DNA of 64,000 bases from Amoebophrya sp. A120. Taxonomy: Eukaryota; Protista; Dinoflagellata. Of this stretch, positions 14,101-24,700 are shown piece after piece. The stretch lies in NCBI GenBank assembly GCA_905178155.1, contig CAJINV010000002.1:11410591-11474590 (forward strand), written 5' to 3'. Each line of letters starts with the position of its first letter. The first letter of the stretch is position 1. Position numbers and translations under genes: made by a program. The notes below the pieces were generated by a model. That model ran no database searches. It worked only from the letters and a program-made list of their open reading frames with translations, and was not told the DNA's origin.

Positions 14101-17020
14101 GCCACTGGAGATTTTCCTGAATGCGGGCCTGGGACAGTTCCATGTTCCACATCTGCAGCAGCGCGATGGTGAAGTAGCCCTGCACCTCCGCGACGTCGCG
14201 GGCGAGGGCGCGCCAGTTGGCAAACTCCTCGACCCAGTTGCCCCCCGTCTCGTTGGACACCTTCAGACCGCAAAAACTGGCCGGCAGCCAGATCGGCTTC
14301 AGCTGCAGAAAGGCGGGAACGGCGCAAGCGTCGGACTCCGCTTCGCTGTCCGAATTGTCGTGCGGGGACCCGGTGGAATGGGCGGATCTCGTAGTAGTTC
14401 CCACCTGGGGTGGAGGGCCATCGACATCGTCGGCGGTGCTGTCGTAGAAGTTGTTTTGGTCCGCACCAACGCTGCCGGTGTTCGCAGCAGCCATCAGCGC
14501 CTGCTCCTCCTGCTCCTCCTCCTCCACGATCTGCTTCTGCGAGGGCGGGCGGAAGGATTTCTTCCACCACTGCTTCCAGCGGTTGGCGCGCTTCCGTCCG
14601 CCGGACAGCCAGGTGTTGGACCCGGCCACCTCTGCGTTGCGCTGCGGCGTCTCCGCGGAGATCAAGCGCTCCACCTCCTTGAAGATGTACTCGTTCTCCA
14701 CCATCTCCTCCTCCAGCATCACGCAGTTCTCCATCCGGCCATCCGGGGCGCGCTGCAGCAGCGGCGTGCGCATCAGCTTCTGGTTCCGCGCGAACTTCTC
14801 CGCGGCGATCCTCTGCAACTGCAGCATCTGCCGCTTCTGCTGCACCTCCCGCTGCGCCGCGACGGCCTTCCGGATCGCACAGGCCTGCTCGACCAGCCGC
14901 TGCTGCTCTTCGGGGGACCGCAGGTCTTCGTCCTCCATCTGCTCCTTCTCGAGCTGCTCCAAGTGCTCCTCGTCCAGCTTGATCTGCTTCTCGATCAGAT
15001 CCATCCACCGCTCGGACAGAACCGCCTTCGCGGCCACGACCGCGCCGACGTTCTGGGAGTCGGACGAGATGCCGTCCACGAAGTGGTTGTTCACAAGCAG
15101 GTCCAGATTCAGCGAGAAACAGCGCTTGTCCACGGCGCTCGCGAGGGTGGACGAGGAGGCGCCCTCGTTCCACCACAGGTTGGCGCACTGCTGCAGGGTG
15201 CGGTACATGGCGCCGGCACGGACAAAGCCGAAATTCAGCTTTTCGTAGCTGCGGAGGTGCAGCACCGGGGGCTGGAAGATGGTGTGCATCGCGGAGGGGT
15301 GCTCGCGGTGCGTCTTCCGGTTCTGCAGGTCCAAAATGTCCAAGCTCAGCTTCGGCAAGTAGTTGTGGTGCAGGAAGGCGTGCGCGTCGCAACACGTGAT
15401 CCAGGCGTTGCCGTCGGAAACGAACTGATTTTTGTTCTTTGCGGCCCTTTCGTCGTTCGTCGTGGTCGACGTCCCGCTCTGCTGGTCGTGCTGCTCCTGT
15501 ACGCGGAGCCACTCCTGCACTGACAGCACGCCCCAGCTGTACTTCGAGGCGGTGAGCGACTCAGCCTGCGGCAGATGCGCGGGCGCGTCGATGACGCGCA
15601 GATCCAGGAACTTGTGTTTGTTCTTCGCCACCAACTTGGTCAGCAGTTGCTGCTTCTGCTGCATTTGTTGCTCCCGGCGAGCCGCGACTTCCGAAGTTGA
15701 TGCAGTGCCATAGGAGTTGCTCATCATCTCTGCAGTCGAACTGTCACCGCCGTTCGTGCCGTCGGCTGCGTTCTTCGCGCTGCACTTCAGCAAAAAGAGG
15801 ACGACGTGCTGCTCACAAAAGGTCGGGCCAGGAGAAGTGCTGTCCGCATCGGCTGCGCCCCTGATGGCTTGGTACGCCGCGACTTGGTCGATCCACATTT
15901 GCAAATGGTGGTGCTCGTTGAGCTCGCTGTTTTGCAGCATCAAGTTGTCCGGCAACGGCAGCAGCAGGAAGTGCTTCGGGAGTTCCAGACTCTGCACCTG
16001 GCCCTCCTGGCCCTGGCGGGCGGCGAAGAGGTTCTGCAGAAAGGTCACCTTTTTCGCAAACCGATCCGCCCAATCGATGTCACACGTGCCATTGATGTTC
16101 CAGTACGCCGCCAGCGCGCCGATCACTTGCCGCACCGCGAACAGCGCCATGAGGAGCAGCACGGGGAAGCCCGTGAAGTAAAAGAAAGGCATGCTCAAGT
16201 GCGACGCCGGGACGACCAGCGGCGGGGCGACTTTCGCCGCGGCCTTGGGGTCGTTGACCGTGCTGGTGGGAATCGTCGCCGGCGCGAAGGGTGGCACAAT
16301 TCCGGCCGCGGCGGGGTGCTGGCCTTCGGGTGCGGCTGCAACTGGAGGGCCCATGAACATGCGGGTAATGAACAACGAAACCCAGACCACAATCGTCACC
16401 CAGAAAACCACAAGCGGGCTGCGGAACGCCCACTTTGCATTCCACGTATTCTGCGCATTCGCGGCGTTTTGGTTGGACGCGCTGCTCCAGCTGTGAAAAA
16501 CCGCCGGCTTCTTGATCACGACCATAGGGTTGTTCTGCTGGTCTCGATCTTTTGGCCCGTGGTCCGCGAGCGCGTCCTGCGCCAACAAGTGCGCCCGCGG
16601 TCCGCGGGCGCGCAGGGGGAAATAGCCCATGGCGTCGCACCGATTGATCGGCGGTATCTGCTGGTGGCGTGTGTTGTCGTCCGTGGCACCGTCCTGGGCC
16701 TGCGTTGGTGTGGGCGACAGATAGGAAACAACCGGGGTGGGTTGCTCGACATCTCGTCCTCCAGAAGTCGCCTCTTTGGAGGAGAAAATTCCGTTGATTC
16801 GTGCGCGCAACGACGCGATTCGGCTCTGGTTCGCTCGCGTAAGTGCCGCAACTGCGCTGTTGCTGCTCGCTGCGGACGATACCGCACCAGAAGCTTGCTT
16901 TTTGGAGGTGCTAGTACCGCTAGACGGGCCGCGCTTTTTGCCTCTTGCTTTGCTGCTGCCGCTCGCACTACTTGCACTGCGCTTGGCGCTGCTGGCCGAG
17001 CTCTCAGCGCTCGAAGTCAT
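11174..17020 (-). CDS. 1948-aa intronless membrane protein; degenerate GT2 glycosyltransferase-like paralog
   Basis: Single long ORF with TM segments. Blocks KHFLLLP, WITCCDAHAFLHHNYLPKL, TIFQPPVL and PIWLPA are collinear with the GT2 protein at 30688-35067. Confidence 0.75.
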   Translation of the reverse strand: MTSSAESSASSAKRSASSASGSSKARGKKRGPSSGTSTSKKQASGAVSSAASSNSAVAALTRANQSRIASLRARINGIFSSKEATSGGRDVEQPTPVVSYLSPTPTQAQDGATDDNTRHQQIPPINRCDAMGYFPLRARGPRAHLLAQDALADHGPKDRDQQNNPMVVIKKPAVFHSWSSASNQNAANAQNTWNAKWAFRSPLVVFWVTIVVWVSLFITRMFMGPPVAAAPEGQHPAAAGIVPPFAPATIPTSTVNDPKAAAKVAPPLVVPASHLSMPFFYFTGFPVLLLMALFAVRQVIGALAAYWNINGTCDIDWADRFAKKVTFLQNLFAARQGQEGQVQSLELPKHFLLLPLPDNLMLQNSELNEHHHLQMWIDQVAAYQAIRGAADADSTSPGPTFCEQHVVLFLLKCSAKNAADGTNGGDSSTAEMMSNSYGTASTSEVAARREQQMQQKQQLLTKLVAKNKHKFLDLRVIDAPAHLPQAESLTASKYSWGVLSVQEWLRVQEQHDQQSGTSTTTNDERAAKNKNQFVSDGNAWITCCDAHAFLHHNYLPKLSLDILDLQNRKTHREHPSAMHTIFQPPVLHLRSYEKLNFGFVRAGAMYRTLQQCANLWWNEGASSSTLASAVDKRCFSLNLDLLVNNHFVDGISSDSQNVGAVVAAKAVLSERWMDLIEKQIKLDEEHLEQLEKEQMEDEDLRSPEEQQRLVEQACAIRKAVAAQREVQQKRQMLQLQRIAAEKFARNQKLMRTPLLQRAPDGRMENCVMLEEEMVENEYIFKEVERLISAETPQRNAEVAGSNTWLSGGRKRANRWKQWWKKSFRPPSQKQIVEEEEQEEQALMAAANTGSVGADQNNFYDSTADDVDGPPPQVGTTTRSAHSTGSPHDNSDSEAESDACAVPAFLQLKPIWLPASFCGLKVSNETGGNWVEEFANWRALARDVAEVQGYFTIALLQMWNMELSQARIQENLQWRSLSQYSSAVYSDDGVESDEYEASEDAHLYRVEKEEGTTAPAHKQKQKLFTDRVSAASSMMLTRFTLFWKYQYLMNVSVSGGCSPGLLESLFCVYLLLQLPLLESGREPAQPLPLMIFGFLALYVVIMMNLSVIIGASIAVQAAQGRYHPLCTRKTNAVPVVRPEDVEELLNNLNKGGRSNKSTVFQRAKEQCKLLFRDTITPAAQMVPGLSNQLRYTRKTYFVHTDAWSSGELSFGSRLHLGYRVMQDMFVQSPLIVTPFMQIPAGMFTMHHFAFSPKSVRMSGNEFVQRQDMARLVPVKKIGNFISSGAGAAGTTRPAVGHGAVEQNQNAPPAPIHIHLNPSMHLRGSWNLRKKDIMASDPEAEQHDFSSAAASTCDGAEAVPFLCNSSSGLEETQSAVSSSNSGGDHSVQQEAVRGVSALVTGKKPIYRKSRALATQTTMASSGSGSGRYSSTSDNSSSSREVSSSSDEFANRQLPPVQEQQQDETVDSVVPLSAEGAAPEEAGSSTSRRPAATFLEGSHFRESLRAFTAHWSSSGTTSAASSVIGMPTPKTSGFSSMLKPVKSESDKEAPKTNSEDDLHGAAVARGPEGVESQTATGDWKKRAGGGRSTTGNNQPVLRFKIHNDSASEIERFQIHSENATDSEQNNSASTPGAASKRGATVWDDEKIDEFLLQVNTAALLVQDAEQEKAVEAEKINSKKNAARSSLGQRQRSTRTPSCSTSGTSCSSSSNHDTLVVPSSSDEAAAARKTTKDDMLLYPEPNSDEILSVVSEARSLEPPAAFSAVKSAIDVDGNNISVERRPKPAAESGPPAAAVDWTTQMKKTKRNTSGGGSRTPRRAAGRIVQKREGSAVVDHEKEHATIIVDEDGAQRALQPVARHVSSHNVAADLGELKNANDDSNANHARSSDPNSRKKSKSRGKGGAPAGSRYNYKRYNGGAGGGTNNSYYNNGGSSGNYYNANSNYYNGVSSKHY

Positions 17021-18704
17021 TTTCGGAATAATCTTGAAATTTAAGAATTACAAGTAGGTTGTTTAGGTAAAAATGAACGGGATAATTGAAATTGTTTGTG
17101 ACGGGTACAACTTAGAAGTAAAAAATGTCGAATTTACAAATGCGGTCGTTATTTAATTGTGTTTCGGAACACAAAATTTTTGAAAAAGTAAATACCCTTC
17201 TCGATAATATTTAGCTTTTTGAGGTCTTCATGTAAGAGTCGTCATGTGCAATTGCAATCGAACGACCGACTGCATCTTCGATAAACGAATCATGTTCGGT
17301 GAAAATAATCCGCGGAGGGGGGAATAAGGTTTTAATAAATGTCGTCATTGCAACAAAATGATATAGAGTCGTGGGGTGCACAAGATAAAGCAAGATACAA
17401 AAAAAGGCACAACCACTACAGCAACACAGAGCGCGACTTCGAGTCCCTGTCAAAGACAAGGCTAAAGTCGAACTTGTGGTGCAGAATAGTAGGCCCGACA
17501 CTGACTTGTACCTGGGTGGAGAGTAGAAAAGTCAAGTGGCAAGTGGCACGAGCAACAGGACCACGATAATGAGAGAAAAGTATGAGCCGCAGCCGCGGTT
17601 CTCATTTCTGATTCTGTACAATGAATTATGTGTCGCACGAAGAGAATGTGAACGAAATGTACGCATGATGAAGCGACCAGGTGTCCGAATCTGACTATGG
17701 ATGGACTGGACGAGCAGCACCGAAAAAGCGATCATGCAAAACCGCGAAAACCTAGTTTGTACCGAAGGCGAAGACACGTTTTCCGTGAGAAGCAGTGACG
17801 CAAGCTAGTTCATCTTAAATGCCAATCTACGATGACGATACAATTAGTACGAAACAAAACTGCCTTGAAAGCAGACAGAACGAAATAATGCCTAAAACCG
17901 ACACACAATTCTTTTCCTTTTCGCAAGCTGAGAATGCAAAGCGGAAACCGACCTGGAAATTCTGTTTTGCAGCTCCACGGCGGACCGAATAAAACTCATG
18001 CTCAAGGGCGCATGATTTCATCTGCGTCGAGACACGAACAACGACAACAACAGCAAAAATACTCTCCCGACTACGGGCGGTGTTGAGTAAAATCGAGGAG
18101 GACAGACGTAAAAAGATTTTCATCGGTATCAATTCACTTTCATTTTTGCGTCGCCAAAATCTTTTGTAAAGAAAATCAGTGCACACACCAGCCGAAAATT
18201 GTATGCGTCGACGAAGCGTGAGGGCACACTTTTGGCACAGTCAAAAGCCATGCGGATTCGGCACATCCTGTTGTTCTTCGCGGTCGCATACAAAAGATCA
18301 TATAAGTGGTTACACGTTGCTATTGTCGTCATTTTAATGTCGTTTGGTGTCGCTTTCGCTTACAAGAATTTATTCGCACTTTTTTTGCTTGGAGTAGGAG
18401 TCGTGTCGTCAATCAACAGCACCAATGCTGTCCCTGTCGCTATTGACCAAAATATTCGAAGAAAAAGGAAGAAGGAGCTCCGGCTCACTAGCCTAATACA
18501 GAGCTGTCCATGTCCATGAGAGTACTACCTGACGACAAACAGCAACACGATGGTGAAGAAGTTCGACATTTCGCACTCGGAAAGATGCAGCTCCCGTGAT
18601 ACCAATATTCGCACCACACGCTATTGATGTTGTCAAGTAGCACCATCGTGTCAACGGTTTCTGTGAAACTAGTCAGGCGCGCGGGTGCTGCCGATCATGT
18701 CTCT

Positions 18705-21700
18705 TCATGAGAAGAAGCTTGAACTCGTCATGTTGACAGCACCGCCGCGCACCATTACATTGGGAGCCGGGGAAAGCACAGAGGACGCCAAATAGTTGTC
18801 GATCGTGCCCGCCAGAATCTTCTGCAGTTCCTCGGGCCCGTAGGCGAATATCACCGGCTCTGGTAGCACTTCAAGGACCATCAAGCGAATTTGCTCTGCG
18901 ATCTGACTCTGCCCATTAGCTTCATCGTTTGAAGATGATGACCCAAGAATCCCCTGTGCTCCCGGCGGCTGCTGCATCAGCCCCGCCCCGGCGGCGGCCG
19001 CGGCGTTGTTTTGGTTCAAGTGGCAGTGCCTGAAGTCGCCGTAGCGAACGAGGCACAGGCTGTCGTACTTCTCCGACCGCGGGAGCCGCACCATCCCGCG
19101 CTTGCTCCCGCCGGCCGCCGTGCTGTGCCTGAGCATTTTCAGCAGCGAATGTTCAAACGTCGCCCGGCTGTCGTTGTGCTCGTAGTGTGCGGAACGGAAA
19201 AAATCCAGCAGGAGCTCGAAAAAGTGACGGAAAAAGTACTCCGCCAGATACTCGCTGAGGAACACGTTCGTTGCGGCGCCGCTGGCGGTCTGGAACGAGG
19301 TCTGCTGCTGGCTCATCGCGGCCTCGTTCTGCTTGATCCAGGCGGCCTGCAGTTTCTGCTTCTGCAGAAGTTCGAGCAAGAGCTGGAGCAGCACCACTCG
19401 CGCGTGCACGAGCGGTTTGAGCAGCTGCAAACTCAGCAACAGCAGGTTCAACGACAAAAAGGCCTGCGGTTGGTGATGGTCCAGAAGATTCGTTCCATTT
19501 ATTAGCATCATTTGGTGCAGCTGTCCATTTGTTCCGGGCTGCTGGTAGCTGCTGTTTCGGCCGAGCAGCTGGTTTACGAAGGTGTCCTGAACGAATTGCC
19601 CCGCTGGACTGTTTGGATCCGAGTTCGACCGGGGGCGGGTTTCTGAACAAAAGCTCGCCTTGTGCCAGGTGAGGCATAGCAGAAGGAATTCTTGTATGGG
19701 GAAGTTACTGTGGAGCCAGCTGCTGGGAAGTTGAATTTGCCGCACGATCGGCTGCTTGGAACCGTCGTGGTTTGAAGATCCTCCGGGTGGGCTCGCCGTG
19801 TCCATGATAGAGGAGGAGTTGTTGTTTTCCCCCCCACCTCCTGTGGTCCTGCCCCGGTCTTGCGTCGCGCCGCTTTGCGATTTTCGGCGAGAAGAGGAGG
19901 AGGAAGAGCTTGATCCTCCTCCAGACGCGGCCGTGGCGCTTCCAGCAGCTTTGTTCAGTTTCCCGACTGACGCATGGTACGCCTCGATGTTTTGCTCGAC
20001 CAGCGCCTGGTTGCTCATCGCCCACTCCTGCCAGATCGGCTGAATGAAGACGTTCTCCGAGAGGTTCTGCTGCAACTGCACTTGCAGAGCATTCCCGCTT
20101 TGACTTTGGCTCGACGCCGAAAAAGTAGACCCTGCTCCACTCTGCTGCCGTACTGACAAATGGTAGTTCGCATAGGGGTAAACCAGGAGCAAAAGCTTCA
20201 TCCCGCCCGTGAAATCGTCAGCAAAATTTGCGGCCGCGGCGCCGGCGGACAGATTCATTTTCGCTGCTGCAGATCCCTGGTGGGTAGGCGCGCCCCCCGC
20301 TTCGGACAGCGAGCTGTCGACCGAGGGTTCACGGCTGCTGCACGATGTGGCTTCCTGGAAGAATTTCCGTGCGTGCGGCAACACTGATTTCGACTCGCAC
20401 AGGTGCAACGCATGGGGAATCAAATCCCTCAGGTACAGTGCACAGAGTTGTTTCATGGTCGGTGTGAAGGTTGCGCGCAGCACGTAGTTGGTCTGTTGAT
20501 GCTGGTGTGCTGGTGCACGGCCAGGTACGTTACTTGTTCCTCCAGGGTTGTTCATCTGCGCAAACACGTTCAACACGCGATCGCAGGGAAGCTCCACCGT
20601 CGTCTGCTCCTGCGCGTTCTCGTTGGCAATCATGGCGAGTAGCTCTACCTTCGTCAACCACCTTCCGTTGTGCTGAAACCGCCACTCCTCGTGACCGAGA
20701 GGCAGCAAATTCACCAAATCCGAACTGGACGCGCGCGCCTTCGTCGGGGTCATCTCACCCGGCGGGACGGGCGCGACCGTGATTTGCGAATTTATGATGG
20801 CGCCGACCGTCAGCGAGGAATCGACGTAGAAAGTGAAAAGCGTGCAAAACTCGAGAAACAAGTCCCGGTCCAGGACACTCGAGATCGGCATCAGGGCCTG
20901 CAGCCACTGCTCTTGTCTGCGACGGTTCAACAGTGGGGAGCGCAGCACAGTCAAGAACAAAAGTTTACACTCTTTCACCGTCGGCACCGCCGAGGATTTC
21001 ACGCCCGGCTCCTTCTTTCCGCTCTGCAGTGATCCCGGCCCTCCCGTGGTACTGTTCGTCGTTGTTGGCGTGTCTGCCTTGGCCGGGTCGAGATTGCGGT
21101 AGCAGTCCCCGAGCATGACCAGGCTGACTTCCAACAGCTGCTCAATCATGACATTGTCGTCGCCACTGGCGTCCGAACTGTTTGCTGCTCCCTTGTTCCT
21201 GTTGTCAGACTTGTGGTCCAGTAGATTGTTGCTCTGGTACTGCTGCACTATCGTTTGCACCAGTTCCAGCAATGCCATACGCACCATCAGCTGCGTTTGC
21301 TCCGCGCGCCAGAGACCAAGAAGCGTTTGAAGCATCTGCGCCTTCGCTTCACACCTGAAAATAATTACATACTGCCGAATAATGCTGACAGTCAAATTGT
21401 CTTGCTAGATCCTGCTACGCATCTTCACGGTAGCTTGTTCTCGTGCAGCGGCACCCGCAGCAGTGAAGCTGGACATGTGAAAATGAAATGCGCAACAGAT
21501 GGCTACAAAAAAAAGCAGAGTGTAAAATTAACTCGAAGACCGTGGCTGCAAGATCAAAACTGAATTTATTACTACCCGCCCACGCCTTCCTCCAAAATTT
21601 TCCTGACCAGGGACAGACACCGCCACTGTGTGGTGGGATTTGTCACTTCTCTCAACAGCAGAACCAATGCCTCGGACAGCGCCGCCTGGATCTGTTCCCA

Positions 21701-24700
21701 GATCGGGTGGTCCGAATGTCGCGAGTAGATGTCCTCCAACGGAGACAGAATACTCACCCGAATCAGCTTGCACCACCCGTTCTGCAAGAACTGCGACAAA
21801 ACCTCCAGCACCGCCGGCACTTCGTTTGGCGGCAGGTCGTTTGCCCAGGCACGGAAAAAGTAGCTGACGCGCACCGGTAAAACAACGTGCCACACGAACC
21901 GGCGCGCGTCGCCCATGATCTCCTGCGGCGGCTTCTGATTGTACAAAGAGATTGCGGGTTTCAATATTGGCAAGATCTGCTGAAACACCGAGGCGAGGAA
22001 TTCCCGTTCCCGGTTCAAGTTTACGCGCATCGAGTTGCTCTCCGGGTTGTTAGGTGATCTTGTTTTCGGGCCCAGGGACCTGATGCTGACTGCATCCGCC
22101 ACGCCAGGCTGATGCTGTTGCCCCGCGAGTACCGGCGTGCAGCTGTTGTTCTTCTCGTGGAAGTCCCGGTCCTGGGACACCTTCTTAAAAAGTGACTGGC
22201 ACACGGAGAGAACAGACAACGTCATGTCGTACTCTTCGATATTGGTAAGCTCTAGAGGATTCGCGACGAAATTGCCGTGTAGTTGTCCGGGCTGGTGTTG
22301 CGCAAGAAGAACGCCCCCACCGCTCGTCGCACTTGCTGATGCCGCCCCGCCTGTGTACTTCGCGGTGAGCGATTCGATCCAGGTGGACAAGCTTCGCCGG
22401 TAATTCTCGTGCATGCACAGCGCCGCCAAGAACTTTTCCCCCGCTTGGCGGACTTCACTCGCCTGGGCCGGGCCGGTCAGCAGCTGCTGGTCGTCTTCCA
22501 GTTGCTGGTCATCCTGCTCCTCCAAGGCGTCTTTTAGCAAAACCGCGGGGGAGAACTCGGAACATTCGTTGCCAGTGCTTCCGTCCGTCGATGCGTTGTT
22601 CAGAACCACGTTCATTTTCAAACACAAATGCGCCACGAGATTGCAGAGTTTGGGAAAAACTGGATACTTCTGCAGGAAGTGGTTGGTGAACTGATCGAAG
22701 CAGCTTACCGCGCGGTGCTTCAATTTCGCGCAGTTCTGGTTCTGGTTCCGCCAGCCGTTCCGCACCGGATTCTCCTATCAAAATGAAAAGTCCCCCCTCC
22801 CCATATCGAAACGAAGTCTGTGCCGCTGGATTTGCGTACACAAATCAGATGCGTCTTGCTGGAGAGGGCTGCAGGCCCACGTCAAGCCTGCAGTAATCTG
22901 GGTTGTCCTATGCTGAGTTGCTTTTTTGACTTTTTTTTGCGCAGTTCCTGGCGCGATCTGAATTGTCACAATATAGCTCATACGTTCGACTTTCGTCTTT
23001 GCTACGTTTTCTTCGTGAATCCTTACTGTTTCGCCGCTTTGGGTTTGACGTATGACGGGGGGCGCGTCATATCTTGCAACTTTAGCAGTCGCCTTTCCGG
23101 GGTTGTCATCACGTGATAATCATGACGAAAACAACTCAAAATGGCTTATGGACCGCAAAAATCATGTGATGATCACGTGATTACTCACATGATTATCATG
23201 TGATCCGCGCAGGCTTGATTGTTCGGGGCCCAAAGCATGGCGCAACGGGTAAAAGCTGCACGCGCTGTGTTCTACCGCAGCCAGTTTGCGAGGGTCTTGC
23301 CAAGGAATGCTCTCCCGGGCCCTGGGCATGGACCATTCCCATGGTTGCGCGTGTGACGGGGCAGCGTTCCGAGCAAATTGCCGCAAGCTTCCCGGTCTAA
23401 CTATTTCGGCACGCCTCGCGCCTGGCATAACCCATAACGCTTGCGCGCGGCCTTCCCCCCCCGCCCCCCCCCCGGGCCCTCTTTCGCATGCTGCCGCGCA
23501 TGCAAAATTAGGGCGCGCGCGCTGCCTATTTTCGCTTTTGCTTTAAAGCAGTGCTACTGCTATGCGGAAAACGTCGGCACGCACGCACACTGCCCGTCGC
23601 GCCACAGGCCTAGCGCCCGCGCAGGCTTCCCGCGTTACCGGCCTTGGTAGACGAGCGCTTCTATCGAGGGCGCCTGTAAAACTTGTCGCACGCTGGCTTT
23701 TGCCGGGAAATACGCCGTATATTCCCGATCGACCGAGATAGGCTGCTTTGTCTTTCTGCGCTGAATTGCTTCGCTTTGTGACAATTCAGCTGCTCCGCTA
23801 TTGCCTCCGTTTTTGGGCAAATACGACACAAGGTCCGCCATTTTCGCTTTTGAAGAAACTAGCTGCTGAAATGCTTTGCTCGCTGTCTTCGGGGTTTCGT
23901 AATACGATACGATGTAAGGTCTGCTGGATTCTTAATACGTATTTGGGTGCAATTCATCCTATGCGACAACTCATCTACCTGCAAGCCTGAGTAGACAGGT
24001 TTTGGCCTAGGCGCTTAGCATGAGAAACGTCGACGCTGTAGGTGCAACAGCATCACAAACCGTCTCCATAATGCGCCGGAGCCTGTGGAGTTGCCTTCTT
24101 GCAAGACAGAGATGATCTGTGGTCGCAAATCAGCATTGCAAATTTTCTGCGGCGTACCTTTTCGATATGGGGAGGGGGAATTTTTCCTCACGATATCTCC
24201 ATGCCCTCCACTGCGCGGCGGGCAACGGTGAGGAGCAGGGAGAGCAGGCGGAAGTAGTCATCTTGTCCACCCGGGAGGTTTTTCAGAACAAGAATCTGCG
24301 TCATCGGGGTTGTACTTCTAGTGGCTACAACTTCATTCGTTGCAACCTGGATCCCAGTTGTATTTGCCCCGTTTGCCAACGAAGGGGCAGGTGAAGATGT
24401 AGTGGTGTTTGATGTGGCGGTGCCGTTGACATCAACTACCGGATGCAGTTCTTGATACACGACCTCCAGCACTTTGACGTTCAATTCCAGACACCTCGCT
24501 ACGTCGGCTTCCATCAGGGCCAAGGGGTGCTGCTTCAGCAAACCGCCCCACCGCTTCAGGAAGCCCTTGAGGCAGTGCAGGAACGGAATCAGGTTCGCCA
24601 GATCGAAGTTCAGCTGGTAGCGGACGTTGGTTAAGTGAAGGCCGATCAGCCTGTGCCCCAACTCGTCGCGAAAGAAAATGAACAGTTGTGGGTCCTTCTC

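Noticed and set aside
11897-17044. Long plus-strand and alternative-frame ORFs (622, 572, 645, 412 aa)
   Set aside because: These are shadow ORFs of a GC3-rich minus-strand gene, with Arg/Gly/Leu-rich composition and no recognisable motifs.
22776-24195. Autonomous transposase inside the long element
   Set aside because: Only short ORFs (<100 aa) with no DDE or recombinase motifs are present. No autonomous partner is visible in the window, and I could not assign a superfamily.
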